Shown here piece by piece: positions 16,870 through 26,886 of a DNA stretch of 64,000 nt (position 1 is its first letter; every line of letters begins with the position of its first letter). The notes beneath the pieces are model-generated. The model saw only the letters and a program-made list of their open reading frames with translations. It was not told where the DNA came from and did no database searches. The translations under genes were made by a program, and so were the position numbers. This DNA is from a virus. Taxonomy: Duplodnaviria > Caudoviricetes. The stretch is taken from IMG/VR virus record IMGVR_UViG_3300021425_003554. One strand, given 5' to 3'.

Positions 16870-17963
16870 TGTTCGACGCAATATCAAAACTAGTTGAATC
16901 AGGCGTTATTGGAGAAGATACAAAAAAATCTATCGAAGAAGCGTGGGATTCAAAAATAAAAGAAAACAGAGAACTAGTAACCGCTGAACTGAGAGAAGAA
17001 TTTGCTAAAAGATACGAGCACGACAAAAATAACATGGTCGAGGCTATTGATACGATGATGACTGAAAAGTTGTCTGAAGAGATCAGCAAATTTGTCGAAG
17101 ACAGAAAAGCACTAGCTCAAGAAAAGATCACTTACAAAGAATCAGTAGGTGCTCATTCTAAAAAATTAGAAGAGTTTGTATTAAGCAAACTTACTAATGA
17201 AGTTAAAGAACTACACGACGACAGAAAATCTGTTGGCGAAAACTTTGCAAAATTAGAGGAGTTCGTTGTAAACGCACTTGCTAAGGAGATCAAAGAATTT
17301 GCAGAAGACAAGAAATCTGTAGTTGAAACTAAAGTGAAATTAGTGAAAGAAGCAAAGGCTCAACTAGCCAAGTTAAAAGAATCTTTCATTAAGAAATCTG
17401 CTAAGGTTGTAGAAGATGCTGTAACTAAAAAGTTAGGTGAAGAAATTAGCCAACTTAAAGAAGACATCTCATCTGCAAGACAGGTTAACTTTGGTAAACA
17501 AATTTTCGAAGCATTTGCTTCAGAGTATCAGGCATCTTACTTAAATGAGAAGTCTGAAACATCAAAACTGTTAAAAGTTGTAGATGAAACTACTTTGAAA
17601 CTAAAAAATGCTGAGAAATCCATCGAAGAGGCAAAAACGGTGATTGAATCCAAAGAGAGAGAAATTTCTCAAGTTAAGGATTTGATGGAACGTAAGGCAA
17701 CGATGGCTGAGTTGCTCAAACCTTTGAGCAAAGACAAAGCGGAAGTAATGGGTCAGTTATTGGAATCAACCGAGACTGGCAAATTAAAGGCCGCTTATGA
17801 CAAGTATCTTCAAGCAGTGATGGAAGACGCTCCTGTGTCAAAAGCAAAGAAAATGCTTTCTGAGGCTTCTGGCGATAAAGCAGGTGCTCCAAGATCAGAG
17901 CGAGAAGATGCAGAACTAGGCAGTATTCGTGTATTAGCGGGTCTGTCGAAAATTAACAACTAA
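16869..17963 (+). CDS. gp22: prohead scaffold protein (T4 gp22-like)
   Basis: Long coiled coil between protease and MCP; IFEAFASE. Confidence 0.85.
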   Translation: MFDAISKLVESGVIGEDTKKSIEEAWDSKIKENRELVTAELREEFAKRYEHDKNNMVEAIDTMMTEKLSEEISKFVEDRKALAQEKITYKESVGAHSKKLEEFVLSKLTNEVKELHDDRKSVGENFAKLEEFVVNALAKEIKEFAEDKKSVVETKVKLVKEAKAQLAKLKESFIKKSAKVVEDAVTKKLGEEISQLKEDISSARQVNFGKQIFEAFASEYQASYLNEKSETSKLLKVVDETTLKLKNAEKSIEEAKTVIESKEREISQVKDLMERKATMAELLKPLSKDKAEVMGQLLESTETGKLKAAYDKYLQAVMEDAPVSKAKKMLSEASGDKAGAPRSEREDAELGSIRVLAGLSKINN

Positions 17964-17983
17964 ACTAAAAAGGAACGAGACAA

Positions 17984-19156
17984 ATGAGTGAATTATTTGA
18001 ATCAAAATGGAGCGAAACTAAATCAGCTCTAACTGAAGGTTTAGAAGGCAACAAGAAAAAGACTATGGACATCGTGTTAGAAAACACAAAAAGATATTTG
18101 TCTGAGTCTGCAACAGCAGGTGCTACATCGGCTGGTAACGTTGCTACTCTAAACAGAGTGATCCTTCCAGTAATCAGACGGGTTATGCCGACTGTTATCG
18201 CTAACGAAATCGTTGGTGTACAGCCGATGACTGGTCCGGTTGGACAGATCCACACACTAAGAATCAGATATGCTGACAGTTCTTCTGGAACAACTACAAC
18301 TACTCCAGGTGAAGAGGCATTATCTCCATTCAAGATTGCGGAAGCATATTCTGGAGACAACAGTTCAACTAAAGCGGCTTCAACAGCGGCGTTAGAAGGA
18401 AATGCTGGTAAAAGATTATCTATCCAAATCTTAAAACAAGCGGTTGAGGCTAAATCAAGAAAACTATCTGCAAGATGGACTTTTGAAGCGGCTCAAGACG
18501 CTCAGGCACAGCAAGGTATCGATGTAGAAGCAGAAATCATGGCGGCGTTAGCTCAAGAGATCACTGCTGAGATCGACCAAGAAATCATTGGATCATTAAA
18601 CACTTTGGCAGGTACTGCTTTAGCAACTTATGACCAAGCGGCTGTTTCTGGAACTGCAACTTTCGTTGGTGATGAACACGCGGCTTTGGCTGTTCAAATC
18701 AACAGAGTAGCAAACATCATTGCACAAAGAACAAGAAGAGGTGCAGGTAACTGGGCGGTGGTATCACCAACTGCGTTAACTGTTCTTCAATCTGCAACAA
18801 CTTCAGCGTTCGCAAGATCAACTGAAGGTACGTTCGAAGCACCAACAAACACTAAATTCGTTGGAACTTTAAACGGTGCGATGAGAGTATATGCAAATGC
18901 ATACGCTGGCGACAGTGCTGATGTATTAGTAGGTTACAAAGGTGCATCTGAGGCAGATGCGGCGGCGTTCTACTGTCCATACATTCCATTAATGTCATCA
19001 GGCGTTGTACTTGATCCAGCAACTTTTGAACCAGTAGTAGGTTTCTTAACAAGATATGGCTATGTTGAATTAAACAACACTGCATCATCTCTTGGTAATG
19101 CGGCTGACTACCTAGGTAAAATTGCTGTTACTTCAGGCAACTTAAAATTTGCATAA
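17984..19156 (+). CDS. gp23: major capsid protein (T4 gp23-like)
   Basis: LPVIRRVMP..IAN.IVGVQPMTGP.G, SRKL.A.WTFEAAQD, FYCPYIPL, TRYG. Confidence 0.97.
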   Translation: MSELFESKWSETKSALTEGLEGNKKKTMDIVLENTKRYLSESATAGATSAGNVATLNRVILPVIRRVMPTVIANEIVGVQPMTGPVGQIHTLRIRYADSSSGTTTTTPGEEALSPFKIAEAYSGDNSSTKAASTAALEGNAGKRLSIQILKQAVEAKSRKLSARWTFEAAQDAQAQQGIDVEAEIMAALAQEITAEIDQEIIGSLNTLAGTALATYDQAAVSGTATFVGDEHAALAVQINRVANIIAQRTRRGAGNWAVVSPTALTVLQSATTSAFARSTEGTFEAPTNTKFVGTLNGAMRVYANAYAGDSADVLVGYKGASEADAAAFYCPYIPLMSSGVVLDPATFEPVVGFLTRYGYVELNNTASSLGNAADYLGKIAVTSGNLKFA

Positions 19157-19177
19157 TCTTTAAGATTATCTATTTTG

Positions 19178-19207
19178 AAAAGGGCGGCTTCGGTCGCCCT
19201 TTTTTTA
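19178..19207 (+). terminator. intrinsic terminator after MCP
   Basis: AGGGCGGC-TTCG-GTCGCCCT followed by T7. Confidence 0.9.
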
Positions 19208-19357
19208 TGACTTAATTTTCATTTTCTGTGTGTTTAACGGAAAAAAAATACACTCCATACAAACACAAAACCAAATCTGGTAGTTTTATTCATAATTTTG
19301 TGTTCTAAATAATTGCAAGGTTCACCTAGGTGAATCTATAATCAAAGGAGGTCCAAT

Positions 19358-19591
19358 ATGGATTATCTAAAGACTATAAAGGATTGGGCAAAAGGAATTG
19401 CCGACGTGGGAGTGAGTTTGATCGCGTTGGGAATTGTTTTAGAAATCCTTTTCAACGGTCAAGGTATTCCGTTCTGGCCGAATGTTTCTGTAATAGGAAA
19501 CGTCCAGGGCGTACTGCAAGGCTTCTCTGATCAAGGATTGATTGGATTGGTGGCAGTTTGGATTTTATATCACATCTATAATAGAAAGTAA
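19358..19591 (+). CDS. small membrane protein (77 aa)
   Basis: Two hydrophobic segments, basic C-terminus, AAGGAGG RBS. Confidence 0.75.
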   Translation: MDYLKTIKDWAKGIADVGVSLIALGIVLEILFNGQGIPFWPNVSVIGNVQGVLQGFSDQGLIGLVAVWILYHIYNRK

Positions 19592-19685
19592 ACTATAGAA
19601 ATCATATAACAATCTAGTAATACGAAACCTCATTGTGTGGTGTGACTATACAACTACACCACACAACAAATACAGGAGTGGAAAA

Positions 19686-19793
19686 ATGAAAGAACTGTTA
19701 AAAGACAAAAAAACATGGATAGCAATAGCGATCATTGTTGTCATCGCATGGTCGGTTTGGTCTGGACAACCAACACCGGAAGTTACACAATAA
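19686..19793 (+). CDS. 35-aa single-TM peptide
   Basis: MKELLKDKKTWIAIAIIVVIAWSVWSGQPTPEVTQ*; CAGGAG RBS. Confidence 0.6.
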   Translation: MKELLKDKKTWIAIAIIVVIAWSVWSGQPTPEVTQ

Positions 19794-19802
19794 TCAAAAA
19801 AC

Positions 19803-19830
19803 AAGGGCGGTGGAGACATCGCCCTTTTTT
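19803..19830 (+). terminator. intrinsic terminator
   Basis: AAGGGCGGTG-GAGA-CATCGCCCTT followed by a T run. Confidence 0.85.
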
Positions 19831-19860
19831 ATAAGCATATTTTTAAATTTATAAATTCCA

Positions 19861-19966
19861 TAAATACAGTTAGTTCAAACGTGCTTTTACTCAAGTAGAA
19901 GACTTATGCGGATGACAACCGCGTAGCCAGGAGAACTGGCATTGGACTCCTATAAGGAGAAAAAAA
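19861..19966 (+). promoter_or_regulatory. late promoter plus multi-hairpin 5' leader
   Basis: TAAATA at 19861 followed by four hairpins, the last pairing CTCCT with the AGGAG RBS. Confidence 0.55.
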
Positions 19967-20395
19967 ATGGGAAGACCTATAAGAAAAGACAAGTTTGTAG
20001 CAAGTTTTGGTGGAGACACATCTGCTAAAATCGCCGTGACGGCCTACAGAACTTTTGGTGGAGCAAAAGTTGACTCCACAACAGCATACATCGTGAACCA
20101 AAGAGGATCTAAAAAATTTAAGATCCACATGGAAGACTCTTCAGAAGCAATCATGCTTTTGAAAGCAGTTGCTCCAGGCTCATTGGCCAACGACAATGCT
20201 ACAGGATACGGTGAATTCTGTGTTCAGATCACATTAGATGACTCAACAGTTGCTTACGTAGAAAAATTCTACAACAACACTGTTCACTATGTGACTACAG
20301 GCGGAGATACAGGATCTGTACCTTACTCGTTAGGAACTGATATTCAAGGTTCTATCGCGGCTGGTAAAGGTAACATCGATATCGTATCTGAGTAA
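19967..20395 (+). CDS. probable virion structural protein
   Basis: Late promoter, strong RBS, high-expression codon style, own terminator. Confidence 0.6.
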   Translation: MGRPIRKDKFVASFGGDTSAKIAVTAYRTFGGAKVDSTTAYIVNQRGSKKFKIHMEDSSEAIMLLKAVAPGSLANDNATGYGEFCVQITLDDSTVAYVEKFYNNTVHYVTTGGDTGSVPYSLGTDIQGSIAAGKGNIDIVSE

Positions 20396-20415
20396 TAACT
20401 TAGAACACGTGCTTG

Positions 20416-20455
20416 TTTGGGGGAGTTACACGCTCCCCCAAATTTCATATAAATA
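20416..20455 (+). terminator. hairpin terminator followed by TATAAATA late promoter
   Basis: TTTGGGGGAG/CTCCCCCAAA stem; TATAAATA at 20448-20455. Confidence 0.7.
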
Positions 20456-20462
20456 ATAGCAA

Positions 20463-21311
20463 ATGGCAAAGACTTTAAAAACATCAGAGAATTACACAAT
20501 CAAGGCAGGTGCAGGATATAATGCAGGATCCGGCACACACACAATAAGTTTAGATTCTAGATATGTTACAATCACAGGTGACCTCACAGTCGAAGGAACA
20601 AGTACCACTCTAGACACAACCACATTAAACATAGAAGATCCTATCATTAGATTGGCCAAGAATAATACCAACACAACAGACGTCGATTCGGGTATATTGA
20701 TCGAGAGAGGCGTTGATAATAATGCGGCATTCTATTGGAATGAAGGTGATGGTGTGTTCAAAGCAGTGACAACCACCTCTGATGGCACAGGAATATCAAT
20801 CACAGACACAGGATTAGCGAACATCAGAGTTGCAGAACCATTGAATAGTTCGGATGCGGCAACAAGAAATTATGTGGACAGTCAGTTAGTCAGTGGAGGA
20901 TTTTCAATAGGATTTAGGGGTGACGATTCTTCTGTGGTAAGTGTATTATCGGGAAATAGTGTATTGATAGCAGGTGATGCCAACATATCAACAGCGGCCA
21001 CTGAAGAAGACACAGTGAACGTGACTTTACACAACGATCTAACAAATATCACATCTATCACATCGGATTCATCTAATGGTAACTTGACTTTGATTGCCAA
21101 TGGAACAGGAGAAATTGTAATCAACGATGTACTAACGTTTTCAAATGCGGCATCCACTCCAACAGCAACCACGATCACCAAACTGTACAACAAGACAGCG
21201 GCAGGTGGAGGCACAGGATTATACTTTATTAACTCAAACATCAGTTCTGGAACAGAAGGAGAATTGATAAGTAAAAAGAAAGCAACGGCTTTGGCCATTG
21301 CGTTAGGATAA
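20463..21311 (+). CDS. fibre-like virion protein
   Basis: GDLTVEGTSTTLDTTTLNIEDP.I.L motif shared with other fibre genes; DAATRNYVD. Confidence 0.6.
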   Translation: MAKTLKTSENYTIKAGAGYNAGSGTHTISLDSRYVTITGDLTVEGTSTTLDTTTLNIEDPIIRLAKNNTNTTDVDSGILIERGVDNNAAFYWNEGDGVFKAVTTTSDGTGISITDTGLANIRVAEPLNSSDAATRNYVDSQLVSGGFSIGFRGDDSSVVSVLSGNSVLIAGDANISTAATEEDTVNVTLHNDLTNITSITSDSSNGNLTLIANGTGEIVINDVLTFSNAASTPTATTITKLYNKTAAGGGTGLYFINSNISSGTEGELISKKKATALAIALG

Positions 21312-21314
21312 AAT

Positions 21315-21629
21315 ATGGCGATTACAAATTTTCAAGTTACAGCAAACACTTCAAGTGCCGCTTTCACGGCCGCGGCCGACACTGCTGTGACAGTAATTTA
21401 TATCACTAACAAAACATCTTCTCAAGGAACAGTAAACATATACTTGGTTCCATCGGGCCAGTCAGTTTCAGAAAATTATAAATTATATAACAACCTCACT
21501 ATTAATAGTGAGGATACCTATATCATAGATACTGAAAAATTAATTTTAGAATCCGGAGACAGAATTTATATTGAAGCACCGGATTCTGCGGCACAATTCA
21601 ACGCAACAATCTCAACAATAGGTTTATAA
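21315..21629 (+). CDS. small beta-rich virion protein
   Basis: Coupled to the fibre gene; DTEKLILESGD. Confidence 0.55.
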   Translation: MAITNFQVTANTSSAAFTAAADTAVTVIYITNKTSSQGTVNIYLVPSGQSVSENYKLYNNLTINSEDTYIIDTEKLILESGDRIYIEAPDSAAQFNATISTIGL

Positions 21630-21633
21630 TCTC

Positions 21634-22047
21634 ATGGGTAGACACATTAAATATCCTGAAATCGAAGGAGTGGCACAATCTATTCAAATTCCAACAGGAA
21701 CAACGGCCGAACAACCAGTAAATCCAGAAGAAGGAATGATTCGTTACAACACCACTTTGAATATGTTAGAATTTTACAACGGTGTGACATTTGTCCAACT
21801 GCAAGGAGGATCGGGCGGAGCGTCTACCATCACACGAGATGCTTTTACAATGGATGGATCCACATTATCATATGGACCGTTGACATTCGAACCCAAAGCA
21901 GATCAAAACGTTTTGGTTTTCATAGAGGGTGTTTTCCAAAAAGACGACACCTATTCCATATCGGGAACAACAATCACTTTAAGTTCTACATTACCGGGAG
22001 ACGGTGGAAAAACACTTTCTGTTATACACGGATTTGATACAGTTTAA
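21634..22047 (+). CDS. small virion protein with GTTAE.P / F.gDGST modules
   Basis: IPTGTTAEQP...EGMIRYNT and FTMDGST...VFIEGVFQ modules recur in the fibre proteins. Confidence 0.6.
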   Translation: MGRHIKYPEIEGVAQSIQIPTGTTAEQPVNPEEGMIRYNTTLNMLEFYNGVTFVQLQGGSGGASTITRDAFTMDGSTLSYGPLTFEPKADQNVLVFIEGVFQKDDTYSISGTTITLSSTLPGDGGKTLSVIHGFDTV

Positions 22048-22958
22048 TCTATAGAAACAAAAGGTCGCCACGTACCTGGTGAACCTTGTTTGATACATAC
22101 CCAACCCAATACCGAACCACGTCCCGGCTGACTGTTCCACACAATATCTCCCTGTGCCCATGTGCCGGCATTTGGTATAGAATTTAGATATTGTTGAGTT
22201 TGTCCTTGATATCTTATATAGCCTGCAACGTCTAAATCTGCTTTTGGTTTTTTAATTTTTATCCCTACCTTGTTATCAGGACTGATGTACAATGTCGGAT
22301 CTCCACTGGAGCCTATCGCAAAAGGGTCACTGTTGACAGTGCCCACATAACCAGTGTCACCCTTTGCATCGATCGACACCTCTATGCCATTACTTGCAAC
22401 CCCAAAAGGTCCGATAGGTTCAATTACGTTGACTCCAACTTTGTTTTTAAAGATGGTCAATGTGTTGGCAACATTTAATTCATTTAATACACCCAGTTCG
22501 GTCAGTTTGGATTTTTTTACAGCATTTCCTAATCTGTCTGCCCACAAAACTTCTGTGCCATTTATCCTGACGCTGTTATCAACTTCAAGATCATTGCACT
22601 TGGCTTTATTATACAACAACTGTTTTACTTGTATGGTGCCGTTGACATGAAGATTTTTCTCGACCACCACTTTGTCTTTTTCAACAGTCAACATGGTGTT
22701 GGGTGCCGTGTCCTTGATTCCAGTTGATGAAAACTTGGAAATCTTTCCTCCAGATATTTTATCTCCTGATATTTCCCCGTTTTCAAAATTGTTGTTTCGT
22801 GACGACAATTTTTCCACCAGTTCATTTAGTTTTTTTTCTGCCCATTTCAATTTTTCAGAAATACTATAATTCTCACTTGCCAATCTAGTGTAATACGATT
22901 TTGTGGCTTTTTGAACTTTTTCTTCAACCAACTGTTTTATGCTGTCTTCAATGCTCAT
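22044..22958 (-). CDS. hypothetical late protein with fibre-like C-terminus
   Basis: Coiled-coil N-terminus, VGI...P...LDVAG, GTW.QGDIVWN; TATAAATA on - at 22968-22975. Confidence 0.6.
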   Translation of the reverse strand: MSIEDSIKQLVEEKVQKATKSYYTRLASENYSISEKLKWAEKKLNELVEKLSSRNNNFENGEISGDKISGGKISKFSSTGIKDTAPNTMLTVEKDKVVVEKNLHVNGTIQVKQLLYNKAKCNDLEVDNSVRINGTEVLWADRLGNAVKKSKLTELGVLNELNVANTLTIFKNKVGVNVIEPIGPFGVASNGIEVSIDAKGDTGYVGTVNSDPFAIGSSGDPTLYISPDNKVGIKIKKPKADLDVAGYIRYQGQTQQYLNSIPNAGTWAQGDIVWNSQPGRGSVLGWVCIKQGSPGTWRPFVSID

Positions 22959-23063
22959 ATATAGAGTTATTTATAGTAGCATATAACGTAGTGTACATGA
23001 ATTAAATTAACTATTGATTTAAAAACTATATTTAGAATAAATATACTCGTAGTAGGATAAAAA

Positions 23064-26000
23064 ATGGCAATACAACGAATACCTGGCAATATGTTAGAAT
23101 CTAACCTCGTTAGAGAAGGGGTAGATTTAGCATTTCAAACCAATTTACTATATTTAGATGTCAACAACAATCGATTAGGTGTTGGCACAGACTCACCGGG
23201 ATACACGCTTGACGTTAATGGACTAGCAAATTTTAGAAATAATGTTTCCATAAACGGTGATTTAACAGTTGTAGGTACCACGACCACAGTAGATTCACAA
23301 AATTTAGTTGTTGAAGATAATCTATTGGTTATAAATTCCAACAATTCCGCGGCAACCGATGCTGGTATAATGATCAACAGAGGTGGAGCAAGTGATCCGG
23401 CAGTTCTGTACTGGGATGAATCATTGGATGTTTTCCGAGTGGGAACAACCACATCGGATGGATCTACCAGACAAGATTTAACTGGAGTAACTCTAGCAAA
23501 AATACAGGCGGCCGATCCTGTGGGAGATGACGACCTAGTCACCAAAAGATATTTTACCGCAAATGCATCATCGATAGCAGATGGTCAGTCACTGGCTCTG
23601 GGAACACCCGGTGATTTCAACGATCTAAATTCCAACACAGTAGAAACATCATTCACTGATGGAGCATACACACAGATTGGCTCTGCCGACAGCGTCACTG
23701 AAGCGATCGCGGCTCTCAATGAAACAATGGAAAATATTCGTGAAGGCACCTATGTACAAACAGTAGACTTTACAGCAGATGTTACCACAGGATCAGCAGG
23801 TCTAGTGGTCACACTCACAATCACTCATGTGGGAGGCGGTGCAGATAGATACAACATTGATTGGGGAGACGGCAACGTGACCACAGCAACAACTGATTCT
23901 ACACCAAGTCATACCTATTCATCAAACGTGGGATCACCTTTTGATGTGACTGTGAGAGCATATGCCAGCGGTGCTGTGACAAACTCCGCGGGATCGTTTG
24001 CCACAAAAATAAGAACAGGATACATTATTATCTATACCGCGGCTCCGGCAACAAACTTTTTCATATATGCGGCATCGTCCGGTGGATCAGCGATCACTAA
24101 ATCAGATAGTGGATCAACTGTGTACCTAGAAAACACAACAACAAATACAACCAGTGCCACAGTCACTTATGAAGTCGATTGGGGAGATGGAAATTCAGAA
24201 ACTATCGCTTCAGACTCTGCGGCGGGCGGTGTTTCGGGATCAAGACTATCACACACTTATACAAACTCCGCGGCGGATGACGGAAGCACAGTGGCAGGTA
24301 CAGGAGCAGGTGATACTCGTTACAGAATAAGATTAACTCTATTGACACACTCAACAGCCGATCCGGCAGAGATACCAAAATCAACGGACAAGAATTTTGA
24401 CGTTTACTCAACACACACACCAAAAATTGACATAGCCGATTCCACACTGAGAGGTATCAACGAAGAATCCACTAGTGGTTTTCCGGTCACGTTCATCAAT
24501 GGCACAGACACCGATCCGGGATCACAATCTGTGTTTACTTCAAACATATACTCGTGGGATTTTGGTGAAGGTGCATCAGCAACCAATGTCAATGTTGGTT
24601 CTGGTGGTACGGGTGACACAGGACAGACCATCGCTAACACATTTAATTTGAGCTCCGGAGAGCAATCAGCAGGAACAACACAAACTTATGATGTACAATT
24701 AAGTTTGGCCACAGGACATTCAACAACACCTTTCCAATCAGCAATCACACAGATCGTTGTGGAACCAGATGTTAGAGCAAACATAGCCGCTACCGCGGTG
24801 ACTGTTTCAACTGGATCCGGAGACAATCAATACACATTGTACGACACAACAGATCTAGACGGCAATGTGAGATCGTTAACAAGATTTACAAATACATCAC
24901 AGAATGCTGATGATTATGATTATGATTATTTTGATGACTCAACAGACATAGTTAATATAACAGAGGACGGATCGTCGGCAGGAACCATCGCGGCCACAAT
25001 AGATAAAGATTTCACAGGAACAGGTGCTGGAGCGTTCACAACAAGATTCCGAGCACACGGCACCCCCGATACCATAGAACAGGACGACGAAGAAACTATA
25101 AATTGGACAATGAAATCAACACCGGCGGCTCCGGCGGACCTAACCACAAAATCAATCACGTTGGTTGATTCCGTACAGGGAACTTCACCAAAACTGTGTG
25201 CTGGGTTTGATGACAACACATCATCATTCACTTCACAATCGGCGGGTGATTCGTTGAACACAACCACTGCGAGAAGATACACAACCACGACCACAATTGA
25301 CACATCAGTGGCGAGCAATTTCTACAACGGGGCATCGGGCACACTGTCAGCGGCAATCAATGCTTCAGCAGATGGAAGCAAAGCATTCACAACGGCAGAA
25401 GGTGAGACCGGCACATTCACAAGTTTAGTTGTGACATCTAATGTGGACTATGACACTGTGGATAGCACATATCCTCAGAGATTGTTTCTGGTTGCTTCAG
25501 CAAAAATCACAAAAAATTTATCAGGTTACACAGTGGGTTCAAATGCTCAAAGATTGGAACACACAGCAACAGGAAATACCAACCTAGTTTATGTGGTTCG
25601 AGATGACATCACAGCAACCCCTACAACAACAATCGGTACAGTGGCAGAAGGTACAGCCGGTACGTACGAGTATATTTCTGGAATTCCTTATTATGATTCG
25701 GGTTCACCAACTTTAACGGTGACCGGTACCACAGTATCAAACTTCACAGGACAGGCATACGCAGACATTTCCGATCCACACGAAATTGATCCGGGCACTG
25801 TGTCCGAGGGTTCTGGTTCCATTATTTCTAATTTAAATTTCACATATGCCAATGTAGATGGATCAAGTACTATGTTGACAGGAGGCATACCGAATGTGGA
25901 CACAGGAGTAGCATCTCCTTACACATTGGGCACATTAACAGCACCATTAACAAGTTCATCAATGTTCTCTGTTTCTACTATCAAAGCAAGATCCGCCAAC

Positions 26001-26735
26001 TGTAACGGCGATGGCGCTTACTCAGAGGACTCAACAATGATACAAGTTTTCACAGCAACACCGGGAGGTCTAAACAAAGATCAGGGTGGTATCCTCGTCA
26101 GTGACTCTTTAGGAGCAACACACGACGACGATGCTGTGCGAATAAGCGGATTGGGTTCCGCTTCGGACACACCGTCCTTCTCAAATGCCGACTACTACAC
26201 AAATAATGCATGGACCGGTGCAGTGACCGTGGCAGGAACCCAAGAAGCGATAGTTCGACCAACAAGTACCAGTACTGGTACAATACAGCACGATACCACA
26301 AATTACAGTTCTGGGTACCTACCTGCGGGACCTGACAAGTCATCAGACACAGGTGCACAATACTACACGTTTGCTTTCAGACGAGCATCAATGGCCAACT
26401 TCAATGTGACACTGACAGGCACTGTTTCGGGTTTCTACATAGCGGCTCCGGGCACAGCGATCGATTCGGCATCAACACTGAATGGTTGGTTGGACGCATC
26501 GGTGGCGTATGGTGGTTCGGGAGTTCCGGGAGCGAACACAGGTGCAGGTGGTAACGGATCCAACGGATGTGCATTCACATCTGGAGATAGAATTTTAGAT
26601 GGTGTGAGTTATTCTTCACAATCATTTACTTTGACATTGGGTGCAGAAAATGGATCAAATGCAACAGGAAATAATATATTAGTAAGAATAAAATTAGAAT
26701 CAGGAGACAGTGTGACAGCACTGAGCATAAGTTAA
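23064..26735 (+). CDS. large virion fibre/adhesin with PKD-like repeats
   Basis: 1223 aa T/S/G-rich; repeated Y.IDWGDG/WDFG PKD-type motifs; MAI.RI.G N-terminal module. Confidence 0.7.
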   Translation: MAIQRIPGNMLESNLVREGVDLAFQTNLLYLDVNNNRLGVGTDSPGYTLDVNGLANFRNNVSINGDLTVVGTTTTVDSQNLVVEDNLLVINSNNSAATDAGIMINRGGASDPAVLYWDESLDVFRVGTTTSDGSTRQDLTGVTLAKIQAADPVGDDDLVTKRYFTANASSIADGQSLALGTPGDFNDLNSNTVETSFTDGAYTQIGSADSVTEAIAALNETMENIREGTYVQTVDFTADVTTGSAGLVVTLTITHVGGGADRYNIDWGDGNVTTATTDSTPSHTYSSNVGSPFDVTVRAYASGAVTNSAGSFATKIRTGYIIIYTAAPATNFFIYAASSGGSAITKSDSGSTVYLENTTTNTTSATVTYEVDWGDGNSETIASDSAAGGVSGSRLSHTYTNSAADDGSTVAGTGAGDTRYRIRLTLLTHSTADPAEIPKSTDKNFDVYSTHTPKIDIADSTLRGINEESTSGFPVTFINGTDTDPGSQSVFTSNIYSWDFGEGASATNVNVGSGGTGDTGQTIANTFNLSSGEQSAGTTQTYDVQLSLATGHSTTPFQSAITQIVVEPDVRANIAATAVTVSTGSGDNQYTLYDTTDLDGNVRSLTRFTNTSQNADDYDYDYFDDSTDIVNITEDGSSAGTIAATIDKDFTGTGAGAFTTRFRAHGTPDTIEQDDEETINWTMKSTPAAPADLTTKSITLVDSVQGTSPKLCAGFDDNTSSFTSQSAGDSLNTTTARRYTTTTTIDTSVASNFYNGASGTLSAAINASADGSKAFTTAEGETGTFTSLVVTSNVDYDTVDSTYPQRLFLVASAKITKNLSGYTVGSNAQRLEHTATGNTNLVYVVRDDITATPTTTIGTVAEGTAGTYEYISGIPYYDSGSPTLTVTGTTVSNFTGQAYADISDPHEIDPGTVSEGSGSIISNLNFTYANVDGSSTMLTGGIPNVDTGVASPYTLGTLTAPLTSSSMFSVSTIKARSANCNGDGAYSEDSTMIQVFTATPGGLNKDQGGILVSDSLGATHDDDAVRISGLGSASDTPSFSNADYYTNNAWTGAVTVAGTQEAIVRPTSTSTGTIQHDTTNYSSGYLPAGPDKSSDTGAQYYTFAFRRASMANFNVTLTGTVSGFYIAAPGTAIDSASTLNGWLDASVAYGGSGVPGANTGAGGNGSNGCAFTSGDRILDGVSYSSQSFTLTLGAENGSNATGNNILVRIKLESGDSVTALSIS

Positions 26736-26881
26736 TGGCAAAGATGCACAAAAATTTTGAGATGAGAACGGCAAGTTATAAAAAAACTTCTCAGTCAAAA
26801 AGAAAAAGAAGTGTTAAGTTCGGTTCAATGAACAAGCACAAAAAACGTAATTGGAAAATGTATAACGGACAAGGAAAATAA
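26735..26881 (+). CDS. small basic protein (48 aa)
   Basis: MAKMHKNFEM...KMYNGQGK*; TAATG coupling; ending resembles small K/R-rich T4-like phage proteins. Confidence 0.6.
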   Translation: MAKMHKNFEMRTASYKKTSQSKRKRSVKFGSMNKHKKRNWKMYNGQGK

Positions 26882-26886
26882 TAAAA

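Noticed and set aside
17965-18360. 131-aa minus ORF and many similar antisense ORFs inside structural genes
   Set aside because: Shadow ORFs caused by biased codon usage of strongly supported genes on the other strand; no RBS or motifs
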